Of a stretch of DNA of 25,076 bases, positions 8,743-19,535 are shown in pieces. Every line of letters begins with the position of its first letter. The stretch's first letter is position 1. The notes under the pieces are model-generated. The model did not search any database. It was not told where the DNA came from and saw nothing but the letters and a program-made list of their open reading frames with translations. This stretch comes from a virus (taxonomy: Duplodnaviria; Caudoviricetes). The stretch is from positions 1 through 25,076 of IMG/VR virus record IMGVR_UViG_3300033076_000024, one strand, 5' to 3'. Position numbers and translations under genes: made by a program.

Positions 8743-9660
8743 ATGAGCGAAGAGCAAGTTGAGCTTCAGTTGGACGAGCCCACACCAGAAGTGGTGATTG
8801 AGGACGTTAAAGACGAAGCGAAAGAGCCCGAGAAAAAGGGAAAAATGCCTGAAGAAGGCATTGATGAACTAAAGAAAATGCTGGAAGCAGAGCGTGAAAT
8901 GCGCGCTGAAGCCGAGCGTATGGCCCAGCAAAATGCTCAATTGGCTCATGCAGCGGCTGAACAAGCTCAAAAAGCACAGAAAGATGTCCAAGATAGTAAC
9001 CTTCAGTTGCTGAATAATGCGATTGATGCGTTCCAAAAGGACAATGAAAGCCTAAAATCGCACATTCGCGACGCTCTTCAGGCTGGAGACTACGACAAAG
9101 CGGCTGATTTGCAGTCTGCAATGTCGATGAACAATGCCAAACTGCTGCAATTGCAGAATGGTAAGATGGCTTTGCAGGAGCGTTTGGCTCAACCTGTTCA
9201 GCCTGTGCCCCCACCACCGACATTTCAGCGCAAAGATGCAGTTGAAGAGCTTGCTTCACAGCTTTCACCGCGCTCTGCAACGTGGATTCGGGCTCATCCA
9301 GAGTGCGCCCGCGACACTAAAATGTTCAATAAGATGGTTGGAGCCCACAATTTTGCGATTGCAGAGGGCTACATCCCCGATTCTGACGCCTATTTTGACT
9401 ATATTGAGAGTCAATTAGGCTACAAACAGTCAAAAGATGACGAACCAGAGGCTGAAGCACTTTCCACAGCTTCTGCGCCGGTTCAAAACCGCTCTGCACC
9501 GCCCCCAGCGCCATCTTCGCGCGCTGCTTCTGGTTCGGGACGGCCTAATGTTGTCCGTTTGACGCAGCAAGAGCGTGAAATGGCTCAAATGATGGGCATG
9601 AGCCCTGAAGATTACGCCAAAAATCGTGAACTTCTTCGTAAAGAAGGCAAAATTGGCTAA
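8743..9660 (+). CDS. Putative capsid scaffolding protein
   Basis: Acidic N-terminus, long coiled coil, Pro/Ser linker and C-terminal VRLTQQEREMAQMMGMSPEDYAK helix-turn-helix; upstream of the capsid genes. Confidence 0.65.
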   Translation: MSEEQVELQLDEPTPEVVIEDVKDEAKEPEKKGKMPEEGIDELKKMLEAEREMRAEAERMAQQNAQLAHAAAEQAQKAQKDVQDSNLQLLNNAIDAFQKDNESLKSHIRDALQAGDYDKAADLQSAMSMNNAKLLQLQNGKMALQERLAQPVQPVPPPPTFQRKDAVEELASQLSPRSATWIRAHPECARDTKMFNKMVGAHNFAIAEGYIPDSDAYFDYIESQLGYKQSKDDEPEAEALSTASAPVQNRSAPPPAPSSRAASGSGRPNVVRLTQQEREMAQMMGMSPEDYAKNRELLRKEGKIG

Positions 9661-9671
9661 GGAGGCCAGTT

Positions 9672-10220
9672 ATGGTTGATGAAAACACTGGTTTGAAGCC
9701 GGTTCCGACACCCGCCGAAGCCAAAAAGATTGCGAGGCAGACAATGCGTGAGGAAGATCCCCGTATGCGCGCTGCCGCGCGTGCCGAAGAAATCCGTAAA
9801 CACCGTCAGGGCCAGAATCTTGATGAGTTGGATCGCTTTAAGATCGAAACTCATATCATTCCTGAAGGCTGGACATATGAATGGAAGCGTCGAACGCTGT
9901 TCGGTAAGGAAGATCCGGCTTATCAGGTTGAGCTATCCCGTCAGGGCTGGGAACCTGTCCCGCTTACCCGCCATCCAGAAATGATGCCGCAGGGTTGGGA
10001 GAACGGTACCATCGAACGCGATGGCATGATTCTTATGGAACGTCCGTCCGAGTTGACATCGGAAGCGCGTGATGTAGAATTGCGCCGTGCTAAGAACCAA
10101 GTTCGTGCGAAAGAACAGCAACTTGGTTCGGCCCCTGATGGCCAGTTTGGTAGAGATCACCAGCAAGTCCGGCCATCAATTAAAAAGGGTTATGAGCCAA
10201 TGCCCGTTCCACGGGATTGA
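9672..10220 (+). CDS. Conserved phage head-region protein
   Basis: Strong RBS AAGGAGG; IPEGWTYEWKR...GWEPVP...RDGMILMERP; between scaffold and decoration genes. Confidence 0.8.
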   Translation: MVDENTGLKPVPTPAEAKKIARQTMREEDPRMRAAARAEEIRKHRQGQNLDELDRFKIETHIIPEGWTYEWKRRTLFGKEDPAYQVELSRQGWEPVPLTRHPEMMPQGWENGTIERDGMILMERPSELTSEARDVELRRAKNQVRAKEQQLGSAPDGQFGRDHQQVRPSIKKGYEPMPVPRD

Positions 10221-10231
10221 TCAAATCCTTA

Positions 10232-10297
10232 TCTACCTCTCGGGAGGTAGAATCGCTCGTTTAGGACTACGCGGTTGCCCGGCGCAATAGGTAGTCC
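10232..10297 (+). promoter_or_regulatory. Tandem RNA hairpins in the leader of the decoration/capsid genes
   Basis: TCTACCTC-tcgg-GAGGTAGA (10232-10251) and GGACTAC...GTAGTCC (10264-10297) with inner TTGC/GCAA pairing; no long U-tract. Confidence 0.5.
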
Positions 10298-10318
10298 CTT
10301 CCCCTCGGAGATACCGTT

Positions 10319-10915
10319 ATGGCGAATACGAATGCGCCCTTCGGGTTTCAGCAGGTGAGCGGTGGTGGTTCGGCTCCTACTTACGAGCAGGTGCCAGTCA
10401 CGATTGCTTACAATGCTTCTGCCATTTACTATGGCGATCCCGTCTTCCCTACCGCTGATGGCACGGTTGCCGTCGACACCCCCGGCACGCAGGCTTACGG
10501 CGTTGCTGGCATCTTTGTCGGCTGCAAGTACCTTTCGGTTTCGCAGAAGCGCACCGTCTGGAGCAACTACTGGCCCGGCACTGATGTCGCTTCCAACCAG
10601 ACGGTTGAAGGCTACATTGTTAATGATCCGAATGCCCGCTTTAAGGTTCAGGTTGGTGGTTCAACCACGACTGGCCTGACGCAGGCTGCTGTAAACGCAA
10701 ACGTCCAGTTTGCTTACGGCACGGGTAACGCAGCTTCTGGTGTTTCGGGCGCGTACATTGTGTACAACAGCGCCGCTGACACTGCCACGCTGCCGTTCCG
10801 CGTTGTTTCTCTCGTCACCGCTCCTCCCGGGGCAAACGGCACTCAGTCAGGCGCTTACAACCAAGTTATTGTTGCTTTCAATAACGTGGCACCTAAGCAG
10901 CTTACTGGCGTCTAA
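10319..10915 (+). CDS. Head decoration / capsid cement protein (putative)
   Basis: MANTNAPFGF start, IYYGDPV, GIFVGCKY, NDPNARFKVQ; Ala/Gly/Thr-rich beta protein immediately before the major capsid gene with similar high-expression codon usage. Confidence 0.65.
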   Translation: MANTNAPFGFQQVSGGGSAPTYEQVPVTIAYNASAIYYGDPVFPTADGTVAVDTPGTQAYGVAGIFVGCKYLSVSQKRTVWSNYWPGTDVASNQTVEGYIVNDPNARFKVQVGGSTTTGLTQAAVNANVQFAYGTGNAASGVSGAYIVYNSAADTATLPFRVVSLVTAPPGANGTQSGAYNQVIVAFNNVAPKQLTGV

Positions 10916-10931
10916 GAAGGAGTAGCTAACT

Positions 10932-11846
10932 ATGGCTGTTAATCTTTCCGCCATTAAGGATCTGCTCCTTCCCGGCCTTCGTGGTATCGAAGGCAAGTAC
11001 GAGCAGATTCCGTCGCAGTACGACAAAATCTTCCAGAAGTTCGACTCGAAGATGGCTCTCGAACGTACCGCAGAAATGCGTTACCTCGGCCTCGCTCAGT
11101 TGAAGACGGAAGGTGGCCAAACTCAGTTCGATAACAACGCTGGTGAGCGTTACGTGTACAACCAAGAGCATACTGAAATTGCTCTCGGCTACGCGATCAC
11201 CCGCAAAGCTATCGACGACAACCTGTATAAGACACAGTTCATGCCGTCGAACCTCGGCCTGATGGAGTCATTCCAGCAGACGAAGGAAATCTACGGCGCG
11301 AACGTGCTGAATACGGCAACAACCTACAACGCCGCGATTGGCGGTGACGGTAAAGCACTTTGCGCTACCGATCACCCGATTGATGGTGGCACGGTTGCGA
11401 ACAAGCCGACTGTGGACGTCGATCTTAACGAATCGACTCTTCTCAACGGCATGATTTCGATCCGTACCAACTTCAAGGATCAGGCGGGCCTGAAGGTTTT
11501 CGCCCGTGCGCGTAAGCTCATCGTTCCTCCGCAGCTCGAACCAGTTGCTATCCGTCTGACGAAGACGGAACTGCGTCCGGGCACAGCAGATAACGATGTC
11601 AATGCGATCATGTTCACTGGTGGTGGCCTTCCAGAAGGCTACATGGTTAACGACTTCCTAACCAGCCAGTACGCATGGTTCCTTCTGACGAACATTGACG
11701 GCCTCGCTTATATGGAGCGCGTCAAGTTCGAAACAGATATGCAGGTCGACTTTGTTACCGACAACCTGCTTGTGAAGGGCTACGAAAGGTATTCATTCGG
11801 ATATTTCAACTGGCGTTCAATCTACGGATCGTTCCCAACTAGCTGA
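10932..11846 (+). CDS. Major capsid protein (Mu gpT-like, HK97 fold)
   Basis: 304 aa; LLLPGL, ALGYAITRKAIDDNLY, GDGKALCATDHP, KLIVPPQLE, ERYSFGYFNWRSIYGS; strong RBS AAGGAG; strongly biased codons. Confidence 0.88.
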   Translation: MAVNLSAIKDLLLPGLRGIEGKYEQIPSQYDKIFQKFDSKMALERTAEMRYLGLAQLKTEGGQTQFDNNAGERYVYNQEHTEIALGYAITRKAIDDNLYKTQFMPSNLGLMESFQQTKEIYGANVLNTATTYNAAIGGDGKALCATDHPIDGGTVANKPTVDVDLNESTLLNGMISIRTNFKDQAGLKVFARARKLIVPPQLEPVAIRLTKTELRPGTADNDVNAIMFTGGGLPEGYMVNDFLTSQYAWFLLTNIDGLAYMERVKFETDMQVDFVTDNLLVKGYERYSFGYFNWRSIYGSFPTS

Positions 11847-11894
11847 AATATCTAACCTTTCTCCCTTCCAGTAAAAGAAGGCGACAAAAGATAC

Positions 11895-11960
11895 GGGCCG
11901 GTTGACAGGAGTTATGAAGAAGGCTATGTTAAGCCTTCCACAACTCAGGGAGACTGGCCC
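11895..11960 (+). promoter_or_regulatory. Sigma70 promoter embedded in a long hairpin covering the endonuclease translation initiation region
   Basis: TTGACA (11902-11907), 17-bp spacer, TATGTT (11925-11930); imperfect inverted repeat 11895-11924 / 11933-11960 ends at the GTG start. Confidence 0.7.
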
Positions 11961-12665
11961 GTGTCGTATACAAGTGAACAACTGTTAAATTTAATCCGTG
12001 AAATGCTTTCGTATGATCCTAAAACAGGTGAAATACGATGGATTAAGTCCCCCGCTAAGAATGTTTACGCTGGGGAATTGGCTGGGTGTGTTAAGGCCAC
12101 CCGCCGAAATAGTCAAGGCAACAACGTTTCGTATCGGTATATCCGTCTGGATGGGATGAATATACCTGCCCAGCGCATTGCCTATGCTCTTCATCATGGC
12201 GAATTCCCATCGGCCCGCATTTCATTCAATGATGGCGATCCGCTTAACCTCAAGGCTGACAATCTTGGGGTTCAGCGGGCGGCTATTGCTCATGTATGGG
12301 AAAAAGAAAACCGCGCTGAATATTTTCGGGCCCATCGGAAAGAGTTTTCGCTAAGCTACAGCGAAATGGATATGCGCCGTAAATATGGCATTGGGTTGCA
12401 TGAATATAGCCAAATGTTGCTTTCCCAAAATGGGCAATGCGCCATTTGCGGCACTATGGATGCTGGAACCCGTGACGGTAAGGCTAAGGCCTTTGCCATT
12501 GATCACGATCACAAAACTGGCAAAGTCCGCGCCCTTCTATGCGAATCATGCAATACTGGCCTTGGAAAATTCAAGGATGATGTTACAATACTCTTGAAAG
12601 CAGCCGATTATCTTCGGTTGCATTCAATTCCGGGGAATCCCGATCATACTGACAGCCCCGGCTGA
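11961..12665 (+). CDS. Free-standing homing endonuclease: degenerate HNH domain plus recombination endonuclease VII domain
   Basis: N-terminal LSYDPKTGEIRW...AQRIAY...GEFP...DGDPLNLKADNL; C-terminal CAIC...IDHDHKTGKVRALLCESCNTGLG (EndoVII signature). Confidence 0.88.
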   Translation: MSYTSEQLLNLIREMLSYDPKTGEIRWIKSPAKNVYAGELAGCVKATRRNSQGNNVSYRYIRLDGMNIPAQRIAYALHHGEFPSARISFNDGDPLNLKADNLGVQRAAIAHVWEKENRAEYFRAHRKEFSLSYSEMDMRRKYGIGLHEYSQMLLSQNGQCAICGTMDAGTRDGKAKAFAIDHDHKTGKVRALLCESCNTGLGKFKDDVTILLKAADYLRLHSIPGNPDHTDSPG

Positions 12666-12701
12666 CGCTGCACAGACAGTATGATCTAATCGTGCAGGAG
12701 G
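12630..12701 (+). ncRNA. Structured pseudoknotted RNA element, candidate Mu-gpT-DE-like motif
   Basis: Three perfect interleaved helices: CCGGGG/CCCCGG (12630-35/12656-61), GATCATACTG/CAGTATGATC (12642-51/12677-86), CTGCAC/GTGCAG (12668-73/12692-97); downstream of a gpT-like capsid gene. The family name is inferred from context only. Confidence 0.6.
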
Positions 12702-12706
12702 CCCTA

Positions 12707-13165
12707 ATGGGTACGACTACGTTTACTGGGCCGATTAAGGCTGGTGACGTTCTTGACACGACTGGCACCGCTGCTGGTTCTGTTAAGAATGTTGGCACCG
12801 TAATCACGGCCCAATCAGCTCCCGTCACGCAGGCTGGTACTGCGACGGCTGCTGCTACTGGTATCGCTATTCCGGCAAACAGCCATATCGTCGCTATCGA
12901 CGTTTTGGCCACGGCTGGCTGGAGCGGCGTTGCTAAAACCATCAGCATTGGAACATCGGCTACGTCCACAGAACTCGTTTCTGGTGGGGATCTGACGAAC
13001 ATCGGGCTCGCACGCCTGACGCCCGGCACAGATGCCACCCGCACGGGTAACTGGATTGATGTCGGGACTTCTGATGTCCTGATTTATGCACTTTCGGCAA
13101 ATACGGGTACGGGCGTTGGTGTTATCACCGTCTCCTATATCCAAGCCGAAGATTTGACTGCCTAA
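12707..13165 (+). CDS. Putative virion structural protein (head accessory)
   Basis: ATG at 12707 after AGGAGG; MGTTTFTGPIKAG start; Thr/Ala/Gly-rich beta-sandwich-like sequence (IPANSHIVAIDV...ISIGT...VITVSYIQ). Confidence 0.75.
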   Translation: MGTTTFTGPIKAGDVLDTTGTAAGSVKNVGTVITAQSAPVTQAGTATAAATGIAIPANSHIVAIDVLATAGWSGVAKTISIGTSATSTELVSGGDLTNIGLARLTPGTDATRTGNWIDVGTSDVLIYALSANTGTGVGVITVSYIQAEDLTA

Positions 13166-13189
13166 TACGCCCTAACAGGAGATTGAGTT

Positions 13190-13468
13190 ATGAAGGGACG
13201 TTCTAAGGGTTCCAGCAACATGATCCAGAAGGGCGTAATGGCTTCAGACGCCGCGCCTACGGATGTTTACGCTGGTGGCAATTCGGAAGTCGCTAAGGCG
13301 GCCCGTGCCAAAAAGAAGCGTGGTGGCGGCCTGAAGGCTGTTGCTATGGAAGGCAAGAAAGCCGCTAAGCGCGGTGATCGCCCAGCTCGCAAGGACGGTG
13401 GCCGTGCTACCGGTACTGGCAAGATGGCCATTGCTCAGTGGGATTCAGCTCAGTCGCCAAAAGGCTAA
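13190..13468 (+). CDS. Small basic protein with xxGG motifs
   Basis: RBS AGGAG; KKRGG, RKDGG and EGKKAAKRGDR, a segment shared with the 6343 protein. Confidence 0.75.
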   Translation: MKGRSKGSSNMIQKGVMASDAAPTDVYAGGNSEVAKAARAKKKRGGGLKAVAMEGKKAAKRGDRPARKDGGRATGTGKMAIAQWDSAQSPKG

Positions 13469-13492
13469 TGAGCATTCCATTGGACGAATAAG

Positions 13493-13517
13493 TAGCGGGG
13501 GCCTTGCGCCCCCGTTA
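13493..13517 (+). terminator. Putative terminator hairpin
   Basis: TAGCGGGGGC-cttgc-GCCCCCGTTA after the stop at 13468; AT-rich downstream but a poor U-tract. Confidence 0.55.
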
Positions 13518-13539
13518 TGCTATGAATTTCTAATAAGTT

Positions 13540-13548
13540 TGCTATAAT
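13540..13548 (+). promoter_or_regulatory. Putative extended -10 promoter
   Basis: TGcTATAAT about 20 nt upstream of RBS GGAGGA and ATG 13570, right after the hairpin. Confidence 0.55.
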
Positions 13549-13569
13549 TTAGCAGCTTCGGAGGAAGAT

Positions 13570-13839
13570 ATGGCTCGCACCCCGGCATGGCAGCGCGCAG
13601 AAGGAAAGTCTGAGAGCGGCGGCTTGAATGCTAAGGGCCGCGCTTCGGCTAAGGCGGAAGGCCATAACTTGAAGCCTCCTGTAAGTAAGGAACAGGCTCA
13701 AAAGAGCGAAATGGACGCTGCTCGGCGTCGTAGTTTCTGTGCCCGTATGACTGGCATGAAAAAGAAACTGACGGGCTCTGCTGCCGCCGCTGATCCTGAT
13801 AGCCGGATTAATAAGTCACTTCGGAAGTGGGATTGTTGA
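13570..13839 (+). CDS. DUF6321-like small basic phage protein
   Basis: PAWQRAEGKSESGGLNAKGRAS...RRRSFCARM...DPDSRINKSLRKWDC. Confidence 0.8.
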   Translation: MARTPAWQRAEGKSESGGLNAKGRASAKAEGHNLKPPVSKEQAQKSEMDAARRRSFCARMTGMKKKLTGSAAAADPDSRINKSLRKWDC

Positions 13840-13841
13840 GC

Positions 13842-14008
13842 ATGGCAAAGAAGCCATTTTGGGAATCCAAGGCTCCTAAGGGGCATGAAACAAAGCATCT
13901 GGATAAAAAACAGGTGCAGCAGGCTAAGGCTAAAGCCCGTGCGGCTGGACGGCCCTATCCAAATTTAGTCGATAATACCGCCGTGGCGCGGGCAAAAGGA
14001 GACGGAAA

Positions 14009-14012
<4 letters not shown>
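13842..14012 (+). CDS. Small basic hypothetical protein
   Basis: MAKKPFWE...AKAKARAAGRPYPNLVDN; ATGA overlap with the next gene. Confidence 0.7.
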
Positions 14013-15192
<1,180 letters not shown>

Positions 15193-15202
15193 TAGGTGAA
15201 GA

Positions 15203-15898
15203 ATGACAACGAGCGGAACGTATACGTTTAATCCTTCACTTGGCGAATTGACGCTGTATGCCTTCAATCTTTGCGGGCTACGGAACACTTCGCTTGTGCA
15301 GGAACATTACGAATCCGCTCGTATGGCCACCAACCTGATGTTGTCGCGTTGGAGTAACCAAGGCGTCAACCTCTGGGCTGTGGATTTGATTGAAACGCCA
15401 TTGGTGACAGGGCAATCAACCTATTCGGTTGATCCCAACACTGTGATGATTTTGGATGCTTATATTGTGAATTCTGGCGCTGGTGCGAACACTGATCGCA
15501 TTATTATGCCAATTTCACGCACAGAATATGCGTCTTACCCCAATAAAGAGCAGCAGGGTTTTCCTACTGTTTATTGGTTTGATCGTCTGTTAAGCCCAAC
15601 TGTGACTGTTTGGCCCGTGCCAAATACGTCTCAGGGCCCAACGACGCTAAAGTATTATCGTGTGCGTCAGCTTCAGGATGCTGCCCTTTCCAATGGGCAG
15701 ACGCTTGATATCCCGTATCGCTGGATGGAAGCATTTGCCACTGGCCTTGCGTCGCGTCTTGCTATTATTTGGGCACCGCAGATTGCGGCTGGCTTGAAGC
15801 AAATGGCAGATGAAGCTTATGGTATTGCTGCATCGCAAGATACAGAATATGCGCCGATGTATATTTCGCCAATGGTTTCAGGCTACTGGAGAAATTAG
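15203..15898 (+). CDS. Head-to-tail adaptor / tail tubular A-like protein (putative)
   Basis: MTTSGTYTFN, SARMATNLMLSRWSNQGVNLW, PNKEQQGFPTVYWFDR, VWPVP, DIPYRWMEAFATGLA; position between head and fibre genes. Confidence 0.65.
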   Translation: MTTSGTYTFNPSLGELTLYAFNLCGLRNTSLVQEHYESARMATNLMLSRWSNQGVNLWAVDLIETPLVTGQSTYSVDPNTVMILDAYIVNSGAGANTDRIIMPISRTEYASYPNKEQQGFPTVYWFDRLLSPTVTVWPVPNTSQGPTTLKYYRVRQLQDAALSNGQTLDIPYRWMEAFATGLASRLAIIWAPQIAAGLKQMADEAYGIAASQDTEYAPMYISPMVSGYWRN

Positions 15899-16544
15899 TG
15901 TTCTACGTATACGAACATTGGAGAACTGATCGGAAAGAATGTTTTTACGTTGGTAAAGGCAAAGGAAGCCGCGCATATGCTATGTCTCGTAGGAACAAAC
16001 ATCACCAAGCAATTGTAGCTAAATTGCGTAGGACGGGATACGCAGTAGAGGTTAAAATTGTAGCTTCTGGCCTATCAGAAGAACAATCTTATTCTATTGA
16101 AATTGAACGTATTGCTTTTTGGAAAGATGCTGGTGCTGATTTAGCAAATATTTCCATTGGTGGAGACGGTGGGTTTTCCGGCGTTCCAAGGCCTCAAGAA
16201 CAAAAAGATAAGATATCTGCATCATTGATGGGCCATCCAGTTTCTGATGCTCAACGTAAAAAACAGTCAGAAACCATGAAAAAAAACATGAATGAAGAAC
16301 GTAGGAATGTTCTTCGGCAGCGTGGGATTGAAAAGATTGATTTATTTAAACAATATCAACATTTAGGCCCAAAAGCATCCGCTAAGCGGGTTATTTGTAT
16401 TGATGATGGGCTTGAATTTGAATCTGCATCAGAAGCAGCCCGTTATTATAATACAGCAAAATCTGCAATTATTGAGCTTTGCAATGGGCAAAAATATCGC
16501 AAAACTGTAATTGGGAAACGCTTTAAATATATAGAGGCTGAATA

Positions 16545-16545
<1 letters not shown>
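15898..16545 (+). CDS. Free-standing GIY-YIG homing endonuclease with NUMOD3- and NUMOD1-like DNA-binding motifs
   Basis: FYVYEH...FYVGKG...R, conserved E and LAN...GGDG; KDKISASLMG (NUMOD3-like); KRVICIDDGLEFESASEAARYY (NUMOD1-like HTH); AT-rich. Confidence 0.85.
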
Positions 16546-18979
<2,434 letters not shown>

Positions 18980-18992
18980 TTAGGGGAATAAG

Positions 18993-19523
18993 ATGGCATC
19001 CATAATCAACGCAACCACAAACGGCCTAGATACATCGGGCGATAATACCGGTGTCCTTAACATTCAGGTGAGTGGTTCTAATGCCTTAGCCATAGGATCG
19101 GATAAAACCGTATCATTTGGCGGGGGCGGTGTTATCAAGAATATTCAGGAAACGGCAACAATCTCTGCCACGGCAGCAACAGGGACAGTCAATGTTGACA
19201 TCCTTACATCTGTTGTCTGGTACTATACCTCCAATGCCGCAGCGAATTGGACGTTTAATTTCAGGGGTAACAGCACGACAACCCTTGATAGCATCATGTC
19301 TACAGGGCAGTCTTTGACTGTTGCCTTCCTTGTTCAACAGGGCTCTACACCATACTATGCTACAGCAATCACGATTGATGGCGCGGCTAACACTCCTGTC
19401 TGGCAGGGCGGAACGGCTCCGTCTACTGCGACTCCGGGTGTTTTAGATGCTTATGTCTACACTATCATAAAGACATCTAGCGCCACATTCAAAGTGCTTG
19501 CTCAGCGTATCAGCTATTCGTAA
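18993..19523 (+). CDS. Short fibre/adaptor protein, paralogous to the C-terminal domain of the collagen fibre
   Basis: [13 protein letters not shown]...NFRG...MSTGQSLTVAFL...WQGGTAP...DAYVYTIIKT aligns by eye with the last ~125 aa of 17045..18979. Confidence 0.8.
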   Translation: MASIINATTNGLDTSGDNTGVLNIQVSGSNALAIGSDKTVSFGGGGVIKNIQETATISATAATGTVNVDILTSVVWYYTSNAAANWTFNFRGNSTTTLDSIMSTGQSLTVAFLVQQGSTPYYATAITIDGAANTPVWQGGTAPSTATPGVLDAYVYTIIKTSSATFKVLAQRISYS

Positions 19524-19535
19524 GGGAGACGAATA

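Noticed and set aside
11847-12706. Group I intron interrupting the capsid gene
   Set aside because: The capsid ORF ends with a complete-looking C-terminus and stop, the next gene has its own RBS and start, and no P/Q/R/S core was recognised; a free-standing endonuclease is simpler.
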